Of a stretch of 28,213 nt of DNA, positions 1 through 8,566 are shown one piece after another. The translations under genes and the position numbers were made by a program. Source of the stretch: Microcystaceae cyanobacterium (GTDB taxonomy: Bacteria > Cyanobacteriota > Cyanobacteriia > Cyanobacteriales > Microcystaceae). The stretch covers positions 1 to 28,213 of the forward strand of contig JBGTGT010000134.1 of NCBI GenBank assembly GCA_041746575.1, read 5' to 3'. Within the stretch, counting starts at the first letter, position 1, and every line of letters starts with the position of its first letter. The notes beneath the pieces are model-generated. The model did not search any database, was not told the DNA's origin, and saw only the letters and a program-made list of their open reading frames with translations.

Positions 1-138
1 GAATCTATGGGCAATTACAAGGGATTTAGCCATTAATCTGTACCGAGAAGCGGGTTTTACGAATATGGCGCAAGCACAACGATTATGCAGTTATGGACTA
101 AAGCAGATTTTGGTACTTTTTAGAATGAAATAGCCCTG
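1..138 (+). mobile_element. 3' end of ISAs1-family insertion sequence (transposase C-terminus 2..133 plus right terminal repeat)
   Basis: Frame from base 2 reads NLWAITRDLAINLYREAGFTNMAQAQRLCSYGLKQILVLFRMK* (stop 131-133), typical of cyanobacterial ISAs1 transposase C-termini; followed at once by CCCTG (134-138), the usual ISAs1 end. Confidence 0.8.
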
Positions 139-165
139 CCCAGCGTGATGAAAGAAGGGTAATAT

Positions 166-1401
166 TCAATCGCCAAGAGATTGTCCTGCTATCCATCCCG
201 TTGTCCAAGCATTTTGAAAGTTAAATCCGCCTGTTATTCCATCAATATCCAAAATTTCTCCGGCAAAAAATAAGCCAGAACACACCTTACTTTCCATCGT
301 TTTAAAGTTAATTTCTTTTAAGTTAACCCCTCCACACGTCACAAATTCTTCTTTAAAAATACCTTTACCCACAATCTTATATTGTCCTTGGATACATTCT
401 TGAATTAATAAATTAATCTGTTTATTAGAAATTTCTGACCAAGTTAAGTCTGGATTAATATCCAAAAATCCAACGAAGGATTGCCATAACCTCTTGGGTA
501 AATTGACAGGAAAAAATCCTTTAATTTGTCGTTTAGGATATTGGGTTTTAATAGATAAAAACGCCTGTTTCAAACGCTCATAATTATACTCAGGAAGCCA
601 ATTAATTCGTAACGGTAATTGATAGTGATTATCGTGTAAAATTTTGGCACCCCATGCCGATAACTTGAGAACTGCAGGTCCACTGATTCCCCAATGGGTA
701 ATTAAAAGCGATCCCGTTTGTTTTAATTTGTTTTTGTCTTGACTTAATAAAGTTAGTGTCACGTTATCTACACTAATTCCTGCTAAATTTTGTAGTCTTT
801 TATCCTTAATTGTAAAAGTAAATAAAGAAGGAACAGGCGAAATAATCGTATGACCTAAAATTTGAGCAAAGTGATATCCTAAAGGGTGACTTCCTGTGGC
901 AATCAAAAGGCGATCGCATTTGAGAAATTCTCCTGATTTCAAGGTTAAGATAAATTGATTTTCTACTTTTTCAACACTTTGAACGCGACAATTGAGCCTT
1001 AAATTGACGCCCGCTTCTTCTGCTGAATTCATTAAACAATTAACAATCGATTCAGAGTTATCAGTAACAGGAAATATGCGGCCATCTGTTTCGGTTTTTA
1101 ATTTAATGCCTTGAGACTCAAACCACTGAATGGTATCTTGAGGTTGAAAGCGGGTAAAGGCACTTTTTAGGGCTTTATTTCCCCTTGGATAGGCTTGAAT
1201 CAGTTGGGAAGGTTCAAAACAATGATGGGTAACATTACATCTTCCTCCGCCTGAAATTCGGACTTTGCTTAAAGGGACTTTTCCTGCCTCTAGGAGCATA
1301 ACATTGTTATTGGGATTGGCTAATTTTGTGGTAATAGCCGCAAAAAATCCGGCCGCACCGCCTCCTATAATAATAATTGTTAAAGTCTCATTTAACGACA
1401 T
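166..1401 (-). CDS. HI0933/BaiN/YhiN-family NAD(P)/FAD-dependent flavoprotein
   Basis: GGGAAG FAD motif, KVRISGGGRCNVT, VTCGGV and GEILDIDGITGGFNFQNAW signature motifs. Confidence 0.92.
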   Translation of the reverse strand: MSLNETLTIIIIGGGAAGFFAAITTKLANPNNNVMLLEAGKVPLSKVRISGGGRCNVTHHCFEPSQLIQAYPRGNKALKSAFTRFQPQDTIQWFESQGIKLKTETDGRIFPVTDNSESIVNCLMNSAEEAGVNLRLNCRVQSVEKVENQFILTLKSGEFLKCDRLLIATGSHPLGYHFAQILGHTIISPVPSLFTFTIKDKRLQNLAGISVDNVTLTLLSQDKNKLKQTGSLLITHWGISGPAVLKLSAWGAKILHDNHYQLPLRINWLPEYNYERLKQAFLSIKTQYPKRQIKGFFPVNLPKRLWQSFVGFLDINPDLTWSEISNKQINLLIQECIQGQYKIVGKGIFKEEFVTCGGVNLKEINFKTMESKVCSGLFFAGEILDIDGITGGFNFQNAWTTGWIAGQSLGD

Positions 1402-1474
1402 ATCTCTTTGGTAATTGTTTTAATGGGAACTGAGCAGAATAAATTCTCAATTTCACTTTAAATACTTTTTCATT

Positions 1475-2749
1475 TTATGGGATCTCTTTTAATCGTTTTC
1501 GCTTAGGAATAATATCAGAGGGAACACCCCAATAAGCGGCTGCTTGTCCCATATTATAAGATAAATAAGCGCGCTCCATTGCGTCTAAGGTTAAAATGTC
1601 TAAGGTACTCGGCTCAATATCAAGCTGATTCAAAATTTCTGCGCCTAATAATTTAGCAAATAAGGGAATTACTGCGTTACCAATTTCTCTGAATCCGTGC
1701 CAGATTGTATTGTGAAACTGAAACCAATCGGGAAACGTATGGAGTCTGGCGGCTTCTCTGACGGTGATACATCTAGGAAGATTATAATGAATCGGACGAG
1801 GAGCAGTATAAGCACCTTTATCACTCGCTGTCCCTGCTCTTAACGTATTACATAAACCCTCAGGTGCAAGTTTTAAGAAACGACTCTTTTTTTCTACTGT
1901 ACCTAGTTCAGTTTCCAAAAATCGCTCAATAGATTTCGGCGTATGTTTTGAACCCAAATGACCATAAACAAATCCATTTGTTTTTCGAGTATGACATAAA
2001 GAATAATAGCCACAGGGATAAATATCAAAATTCAGTCTAAAGCCTTGATAATTTAGTTTTTGACTCTCTATTCCCTGATCTCCATCGGTAAAAGCAGGGA
2101 ATGTTTCTAGATCAGAAATTGCTTCACTGACAGAATTAAATTTTGACAAAGAAGTTGATACACGAGCAAGATTGAAAGTATGAGTCTCCAGAGGATAGCC
2201 TACCTTTTTAACATCCTTTCTTGAGCCAATCATAATCAGTCTTTTGCGTTTTTGGGGCGCACCAAAGAAGGAAGCATCTAAAATCTTAATGGGTTGCTCA
2301 ACCGTATATCCGATCTGATCCAACTTAGCGACTAATTCGGTTAAAAACGATTTATGTTTACCCAAAACTATCCCCGGTACATTTTCAAAGATAAAATATT
2401 TAGGTTGTAAATCTTTAATTATTCTCAGATATTCAAAAACAAGGGAATTTCGAGGATCGTCTCGTTGTCGTTTACCTATCTGTGAGAATCCTTGACAGGG
2501 AGGTCCTCCGGCAATTAAGTCAATTTCGGCTTTAAATCCTTTAGCTTTGATGGCGTTAATTAAATCTTGGCTATCTAACAATCGAATATCTTGACAAATA
2601 CTCACACTATAGGGAAAATTAAGATGATGTACCAGTGCATGAATTGGATCAATTTCGACTGCCGCCGCAATATTAAAACCGGCCGCCTCAAGTCCAAGAG
2701 ACATTCCGCCGCACCCTGCAAACAAATCAATCGCAATGGGTCTATTCAT
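1475..2749 (-). CDS. C5 cytosine DNA methyltransferase, orphan, probably the CGATCG (HIP1-associated; M.Ssp6803I/DmtC-like) enzyme
   Basis: Motifs I DLFAGCGG, IV GGPPCQGFS, VI ENVPG, VIII PQKRKR, IX TVREAARLHTFPD, X IGNAV; N-terminus resembles Synechocystis Slr0214 as recalled; no adjacent endonuclease; start 2749 or 2755. Confidence 0.9.
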   Translation of the reverse strand: MNRPIAIDLFAGCGGMSLGLEAAGFNIAAAVEIDPIHALVHHLNFPYSVSICQDIRLLDSQDLINAIKAKGFKAEIDLIAGGPPCQGFSQIGKRQRDDPRNSLVFEYLRIIKDLQPKYFIFENVPGIVLGKHKSFLTELVAKLDQIGYTVEQPIKILDASFFGAPQKRKRLIMIGSRKDVKKVGYPLETHTFNLARVSTSLSKFNSVSEAISDLETFPAFTDGDQGIESQKLNYQGFRLNFDIYPCGYYSLCHTRKTNGFVYGHLGSKHTPKSIERFLETELGTVEKKSRFLKLAPEGLCNTLRAGTASDKGAYTAPRPIHYNLPRCITVREAARLHTFPDWFQFHNTIWHGFREIGNAVIPLFAKLLGAEILNQLDIEPSTLDILTLDAMERAYLSYNMGQAAAYWGVPSDIIPKRKRLKEIP

Positions 2750-2979
2750 GTACAATCAATCATCGATTATCTGAGCTTATTTATAGATTAACATAAAGCA
2801 GAAAATTGAGTGATCGCCTACAAATTGTCAGTTCAAATTTTGACTTAAACATGATATTTTGTAAACAGAATATCGCCCCCAACGTTAACCCCAAATATCC
2901 ATGAGCGATATATCTTCTTAACCTCTTTCCCTTTTTTAATTTTTTAATGAACGTTATTTTTGCCCAACTCCGAATAAAA

Positions 2980-3537
2980 ATGAGAATTTATAGAAATCGC
3001 TTAATTAAAACCCTAAATGGTCAACAAACGCGTCCCACTTCAGCGAAAGTCCGAGAAGCTTTATTTAATATCTGGCAGGGAGAAATTCTTAACTGCTGTT
3101 GGTTGGATTTGTGCGCCGGAAGTGGCTCGATGTCCGCCGAAGCATTATGCCGTGGGGCAAATCAAGTGGTTGCTATTGAGCAAAATAGTAAAGCCTGTGT
3201 AATTATTCGAGAAAATTTATCTAATATGGCTCAAAATAATCAAAATTATCGAATTTTAAAAGGAAATGTCTTAACCCGCCTTAAACAGTTAGAAGGAGAA
3301 ACCTTTAGTCGTATCTATTTTGATCCGCCCTATGATAGCCCACTTTATGACCCCGTCTTAGCGGTGATCGCTTCTCAAGGTCTTCTATCACTTAACGGAG
3401 AAATCGCCGTAGAACATGACCCGAAAAGAGGGTTATCTGATGATATTCTAGGGTTAGCCCTCTGTCGCTACAAAGTTTATGGTCATACTGCCCTAACGTT
3501 TTATCATCATGCTCAAAAGGAAGACAACGTGGGATAA
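2980..3537 (+). CDS. rsmD: 16S rRNA m2G966 methyltransferase RsmD
   Basis: TRPTSAKVREALFNI, WLDLCAGSGS, YFDPPY, C-terminal YGHTALTFY; start moved to ATG 2980 (MRIY) to match cyanobacterial homologs. Confidence 0.92.
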   Translation: MRIYRNRLIKTLNGQQTRPTSAKVREALFNIWQGEILNCCWLDLCAGSGSMSAEALCRGANQVVAIEQNSKACVIIRENLSNMAQNNQNYRILKGNVLTRLKQLEGETFSRIYFDPPYDSPLYDPVLAVIASQGLLSLNGEIAVEHDPKRGLSDDILGLALCRYKVYGHTALTFYHHAQKEDNVG

Positions 3538-3564
3538 TAAAAAAGCATTGCTTGATACAAATCC

Positions 3565-4365
3565 ATGACTTCAGTTTCCCAATGTTTCAAAAACCGACGA
3601 GATCGCCACCAATGCGCCCTCATTCCCTTCATTACCGCAGGAGATCCCGACTTAGAGACCACTGCTAAGGTACTACACTGCTTAGACCAAGCCGGAGCAG
3701 ATATAATCGAAGTAGGAGTCCCCTATTCTGACCCCTTGGCCGATGGGCCAGTTATTCAAGCGGCGGCAACCCGTGCCTTACAAAAGGATGTTACGCTTGA
3801 AAAGGTGCTTGATGTAGTTAAATCGAGCCAAAATACTTTAAAAGCTCCAATTATTCTCTTCACTTACTATAATCCCATCTTTCATCGGGGCGTAGAGGCT
3901 TTTTTGGACCAAGTCGCTACAGCAGGGGTCAAAGGATTAGTCGTCCCTGATTTACCCTTAGAAGAAGCAGAAATCTTGCTCAAACCAGCATCAGAAAGAG
4001 GAATTGAAGTCACACTACTGGTCGCACCTACTAGCCCCTTTGAACGCATCCAAGCTATTGCAGAAAAATCTCAAGGGTTTATCTATCTGGTGAGTGTAAC
4101 TGGAGTGACAGGAATGCGATCGCAAGTGCAAAATCGAGTCGAAGACCTCTTAAAGCAACTCCGTCAGGCAACCGATAAACCCATCGGCGTAGGTTTTGGT
4201 ATTTCTGACGCCCAACAGGCTTTGAAGGTCAAAAATTGGGGTGCAGATGCCGTAATTGTGGGAAGTGCCATCGTCCAACGGCTGGCAGAAGAAAAGCCCG
4301 AAGACCGATTAAAATCAGTAGAAGCCTTTTTTCACACCCTTAAAGACGCGATTAACCCCGCATGA
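3565..4365 (+). CDS. trpA: Tryptophan synthase alpha chain
   Basis: [45 protein letters not shown]. Confidence 0.98.
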   Translation: MTSVSQCFKNRRDRHQCALIPFITAGDPDLETTAKVLHCLDQAGADIIEVGVPYSDPLADGPVIQAAATRALQKDVTLEKVLDVVKSSQNTLKAPIILFTYYNPIFHRGVEAFLDQVATAGVKGLVVPDLPLEEAEILLKPASERGIEVTLLVAPTSPFERIQAIAEKSQGFIYLVSVTGVTGMRSQVQNRVEDLLKQLRQATDKPIGVGFGISDAQQALKVKNWGADAVIVGSAIVQRLAEEKPEDRLKSVEAFFHTLKDAINPA

Positions 4366-4413
4366 CAATAAAATGCAATTAATGATTAAAAATTCGACGT
4401 ATTAACTTTAAAC

Positions 4414-5076
4414 ATGACTATTACCCCGGAATCTGTTCAACCACTGCTTAATTCTGACGACTACGGCGATCGCCTCGTTGGAGTGAATCAATTGCGTCAA
4501 CTGAATCCCGCCGTTGCTTTCGATTTGATTCAACCGCTATTAACAGATAAAAACGCCAGAGTTCGCTATGCCGCCGTCAGTCAGCTAGACACCCTCGGAA
4601 AACAAGATTTAGAGAAAACCCTCGAATTATTACTGAATTGTATTGCTACGGACTCCGAACAAGACGTCAAAGCGGCCGCCGCCGATGTGATTGGGGCGTT
4701 AAAATTGACTCAAGCTTACGAAACGATTGAAAGTCTTTATTATCAAACCTCCGATTGGATTATTCAGGTGAGTATCGTAGCGGCTTTGGGGGAAATGGGA
4801 GATCCCAGAGGGTTTAATCTCTTAAATGATGCGCTCAAATCTGAGAATAGTCTTGTTAGAACCTCTGCTATTAACGCATTAGGAGAATTAGGGAATCCAG
4901 AAGCGATTCCTTTGTTGATTCCCTTTGCTAAAGACGAAGATTGGCAAATTCGCCTAAGAGTTGCCCAAGCCCTTGGCAATTTGGATGGGGAGGAAGCAAA
5001 GGCAGTTCTCAATGAATTATCCTCAGATTCGATGGAATTAGTGGCCCAACAGGCTCAGTATCAACTCAATTCATGA
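4414..5076 (+). CDS. nblB: HEAT/PBS-lyase repeat protein NblB (phycobilisome degradation)
   Basis: Repeated VRxAAxxALG HEAT units; N-terminus MTITPESVQPLLNSDDYGDRL matches the NblB family. Confidence 0.82.
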   Translation: MTITPESVQPLLNSDDYGDRLVGVNQLRQLNPAVAFDLIQPLLTDKNARVRYAAVSQLDTLGKQDLEKTLELLLNCIATDSEQDVKAAAADVIGALKLTQAYETIESLYYQTSDWIIQVSIVAALGEMGDPRGFNLLNDALKSENSLVRTSAINALGELGNPEAIPLLIPFAKDEDWQIRLRVAQALGNLDGEEAKAVLNELSSDSMELVAQQAQYQLNS

Positions 5077-5537
5077 TTTTCTCTATCGTGCGCTTGATGC
5101 GACAGATTAGCGATCGCCGTAAGGCGGGTTAGTTATGAACAAAAAACATGATCAATTAAATGCGCTACTTTTTCCAAGTTTCAAGCGGATTTGAACACAC
5201 TTTGACAAACATTTATGTAGGGTTATTATCCAAATAATCCGCTAAATTCTTTCATCGCAATTCTTGGATTTGGATGATTGATAAACGGCTATAGTAACTC
5301 TCTTTCATCAGACTGGGGAGAGTAAAATGAAGAAAAGAGGTAAAAGTTGACTTCTATCTACTAAAAAATATTAATTATTGTTAAGACCATAAAACTCTAA
5401 ATGCTTGAAGAAATAGCTTGTACTTTGCCCAAAATATTCCTGTCAAAATGAGGCTTGTCAGTAAGTTGAGAGAGGTAAAGAGATTGGGGACAGGGTGGAG
5501 GTTAAATTTAATAACTAAAAGTAAAAGAATAACAATG

Positions 5538-5642
5538 TCAAGTCAAACCAATTCCCGTTAAAATACCCAAAGAAGTCATCAAAAATTCAACAAAATCAAG
5601 AATTTCTAACCAAATCGCCAAAATGAAAAGAGCCAGTTTCAT
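5538..5642 (-). CDS. Putative 34-aa hydrophobic small protein (in-frame upstream ATGs at 5660 and 5672)
   Basis: MKLALFILAIWLEILDFVEFLMTSLGILTGIGLT*; GGAGG about 11 nt upstream of ATG 5642. Confidence 0.35.
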   Translation of the reverse strand: MKLALFILAIWLEILDFVEFLMTSLGILTGIGLT

Positions 5643-5685
5643 AATAACGCAATCCTCCATCAAGGAATCCATAACTACTTAAATT

Positions 5686-5857
5686 ACGTGAGTTCGACAT
5701 TTAATTTTTTTGTGCAGGGGGTACGGGGGAGGCACTCCGTCCCCCGTTGGGGGGTTTGGGGGGCTAGTCCCCCAATCAAGAATTTGTTTTTTTTCTTTAC
5801 TAATCCAAATTAGAATAGACAAAAGGATTAAGATAATTGCCCTCGTCGAACTCACGT
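5686..5857. mobile_element. MITE copy 1 (IS982-like ends), 172 bp
   Basis: 13-bp terminal inverted repeats ACGTGAGTTCGAC...GTCGAACTCACGT; flanking 6-bp direct repeat TAAATT (5680-5685 and 5858-5863); closely similar inverted copy at 14341-14546. Confidence 0.9.
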
Positions 5858-5924
5858 TAAATTGAACTACCTTACTGTAATTTAATTTTCCATAGAAAAA
5901 GAGAAAAGAATAACAGAAGAGGGA

Positions 5925-5948
5925 CAAAAAAGCGAGAGATTTTCGCTT
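5925..5948 (-). terminator. Intrinsic terminator of nblR, overlapping its stop codon
   Basis: Minus strand AAGCGA-aaatctc-TCGCTT followed by a T run. Confidence 0.6.
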
Positions 5949-6639
5949 AGGATTCCCGCAAAACGTAACCTACGCCTCTAACAGTGTGAATTAAGCGTTT
6001 ATTGCCTTCAGATTCTAATTTCAAGCGGAGATAGCGGATATAAACCTCAATGACGTTAGATTCTCCCTGAAAATCATAGCCCCAAACATTTTCTAAAATT
6101 TGTTCCCTTGTCAACACTTGGCGTGGATTGGACATTAAATATTTTAATAACTCAAACTCTTTCATCGTTAAGCCAATTTTTTGCCCATTAAGCAAGAGAT
6201 GACGCGTGCTAAGATCAAGGATTAGGTCGTCAAATTGAATTTGTTCAATGGGTATCTCAGAAGGGTGCAAATAGAAGCGAATTAAACGCAAAAGAGCTTC
6301 AGAATGCTCAGATTTCGTGAAGTAATCGTCTGCCCCCGCTTCTAAACAGGCCACGCGTTCTTCAAGACTATCTGAAGTCACCCGCATTAAAATATAAACT
6401 CGATAGCCCTGATCTCGCAATTGATGACAAAAATGAGCCGCCGCCTCCGAATTCTGGGTGCAATCTATAATGATTAAAGCCGGTTGTAAATGTTCAAATT
6501 CATCCTCTGCTTTTTGAATATCCGAGACAAGGATAGGCGTATAACCTAAATCTTTTAAATCTCCACTGGCACGCTGACTAAAATCGCTCTCCGTTTGCAC
6601 AAGAAGAATGTAAGGATTCATAATTAACGCCTCCGTCAT
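5947..6639 (-). CDS. nblR: OmpR-family atypical response regulator NblR
   Basis: Winged-helix LTMKEFELLKYLM...TREQILENVWGYDFQGESNVIEVYIRYLRLK...TVRGVGYVLRE and ERVACLEAGADDY match NblR; start moved to 6639, just after the lptC stop. Confidence 0.85.
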   Translation of the reverse strand: MTEALIMNPYILLVQTESDFSQRASGDLKDLGYTPILVSDIQKAEDEFEHLQPALIIIDCTQNSEAAAHFCHQLRDQGYRVYILMRVTSDSLEERVACLEAGADDYFTKSEHSEALLRLIRFYLHPSEIPIEQIQFDDLILDLSTRHLLLNGQKIGLTMKEFELLKYLMSNPRQVLTREQILENVWGYDFQGESNVIEVYIRYLRLKLESEGNKRLIHTVRGVGYVLRES

Positions 6640-6640
6640 C

Positions 6641-7840
6641 TTAGTATTCTTCTGGGAAGATTTCAGTGAGAACGCGATCGTTGGGATTTCCTTTGACAAC
6701 GATATCGGTAATTTTTTGATCTTTAATAAAGCCGATCGCTTGGATTCCGGTGAGGTTGAAAGGGGGTTGCGTTTGCTCGTAAATGACGTTACCGTTCGCC
6801 ACTAGCCTGTCCTCAACGATATTCCAGTTTAAAGTGTCTGAATAGAGGTTTGCTCCGTCTTTAGGACTATGCCCTCGTACACCGCCGTGAAGGTAAATAT
6901 TTTGCTTCTCAAGATTAGCATATCCTTTGTTGGCTGTTAACGTAACCGCTTCTTGATTATGGCGTAATTGCAAAGGATCATTAGTGGATAGGGTGCGATC
7001 TTGATATTTCCAATAAAGCACATGGCTGGCGATTTGAAGGGGAGGATCGGTGGAACGATATTCAATATTTTTCTGGAGGGAAACCAGCTTTTGCTCTAGG
7101 CTCCAATAAGCTTTTTGTCCTTTAACTTGATCTGTGACGGTTTTTCCCTCAAAACGGCTAAAATTCACAGGTGAATTGCTAATGACCTGTTTTTGCGGAA
7201 CTCGCCAGATCACTTGTTCTGTTTTGAGCTGTACTTGAGGATCACGATGGGTGGCGGTAATATTGCCTTCTAAGGTTAATTGTTGCTGACGGGTATTGTA
7301 TTGAGCTTGATTAGCTGAAGCATCTAATTCGGGATTACTGCCCTTAATCGGCCGTTTCACCAACAATAAACTGGCTGAAGGTTGCCATTCTACTTCTTCT
7401 GAACGGATCACCATTTTATTACGGGGATCAACCGCCACAATATTTTCTTGAAGAATAATGTTGTCCCCTTCTTTGCTAATTTGCCCTTTATTGGCACTAA
7501 TTTGGAGAACCACTTGACCATCCTCAAAAAGATTGCCTGTAATATCTCTAAGATGGGCAATCTCTTGATCAGCCGTATATTTCGCCTCGACTACTTGGAT
7601 TTTCCAGAGAATTTCCCCTTTAATGTTGGATTGTTCTAGGGTAGCATTATTGAGGGTGAGGCGACTCTCTAAATCGGGTGTCGTCGTCGGACTTGGGGTT
7701 GGAGCAGAAGAGGAAGAGGGCAAGGATTGACAGGCCGCTAGGCTTAAAAGGAGAACGATAGACAGACCTTTGAGTCGTTTTTGTATCGTCTCGCTAGATT
7801 CAAGCCAAGCAATCTGAAATAATCGCTGAATGGGTGTCAT
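6641..7840 (-). CDS. lptC: LPS export periplasmic protein LptC (long cyanobacterial form), lipoprotein
   Basis: Lipobox-like LSLAAC, repeated beta-jellyroll segments, familiar metG-NYN-lptC gene order. Confidence 0.8.
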   Translation of the reverse strand: MTPIQRLFQIAWLESSETIQKRLKGLSIVLLLSLAACQSLPSSSSAPTPSPTTTPDLESRLTLNNATLEQSNIKGEILWKIQVVEAKYTADQEIAHLRDITGNLFEDGQVVLQISANKGQISKEGDNIILQENIVAVDPRNKMVIRSEEVEWQPSASLLLVKRPIKGSNPELDASANQAQYNTRQQQLTLEGNITATHRDPQVQLKTEQVIWRVPQKQVISNSPVNFSRFEGKTVTDQVKGQKAYWSLEQKLVSLQKNIEYRSTDPPLQIASHVLYWKYQDRTLSTNDPLQLRHNQEAVTLTANKGYANLEKQNIYLHGGVRGHSPKDGANLYSDTLNWNIVEDRLVANGNVIYEQTQPPFNLTGIQAIGFIKDQKITDIVVKGNPNDRVLTEIFPEEY

Positions 7841-7849
7841 AGGGGAAAG

Positions 7850-8455
7850 TCAACTGGATTTGTTCTGATCGATCATACTCAAATCGGCAAAGTTGCTGTA
7901 GCTTAAACCGGCTTTATGATTCTTTTGAATATCTTCCTTAATTTGATCAAGGTCAATATAGCGATCAGAAACATTAATAAGACTATCACTGGTCATGGAT
8001 CGTAAGCTAACCACCTCAATACGCGCACCCCGATAACTGACTGCATCGGCGGCATAGGCTAAATCCCCATCCCCACTGACAATCACAGCAGTATCATAAG
8101 ATCCGACTAATGCCATTAGATCTACAGCGATTTCTACGTCTAAATTGGCTTTTTTTGAGCCATCAGGCAATTGAACCAAATCTTTGGTAATCACTCGATA
8201 ACCATTGCGCCGCATCCACAATAAAAATCCTTGTTGCTTTTCGTTGGTGCGATCTACCCCCGTATAGAAAAAAGCCCTCAATAAGCGAGATCCTGCCGTT
8301 AAACGATGGAGGAGCTTGGTGTAGTCAATTTCGATACCCAGTTGTAAAGCGGCGTAGAATAGATTAGAACCATCGATAAAAATGGCTACCCTTCCCCGAT
8401 TTTCCAGTATCTGATCGGGGGTAAAGAGTGCGTCACTATCGTAATCATCAAACAT
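7850..8455 (-). CDS. NYN-domain LabA/DUF88-family protein (LalA-like)
   Basis: IFIDGSNLFY, KANLDVEIAVD, VSGDGDL acidic NYN motifs. Confidence 0.9.
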   Translation of the reverse strand: MFDDYDSDALFTPDQILENRGRVAIFIDGSNLFYAALQLGIEIDYTKLLHRLTAGSRLLRAFFYTGVDRTNEKQQGFLLWMRRNGYRVITKDLVQLPDGSKKANLDVEIAVDLMALVGSYDTAVIVSGDGDLAYAADAVSYRGARIEVVSLRSMTSDSLINVSDRYIDLDQIKEDIQKNHKAGLSYSNFADLSMIDQNKSS

Positions 8456-8566
8456 TGTTAAATCCTCGTTGTTAATAGGTTAGGAAAAAAAGGGATATGT
8501 AAGCGTTTTTATGAATTGGGTTAAAATTCAACGGTAAACTTTTGGGACTTGTTTTTCAGTCAATCT

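Noticed and set aside
1475..2755. Restriction-modification defence system
   Set aside because: No adjacent endonuclease; the HNH gene is 23 kb away in an unrelated operon
5130..5530. nblA or another gene relic between nblB and nblR
   Set aside because: The minus-strand frames I translated gave no recognisable motif and frequent stops
5679..5927. 82-aa minus-strand ORF
   Set aside because: Mostly a translation of MITE copy 1
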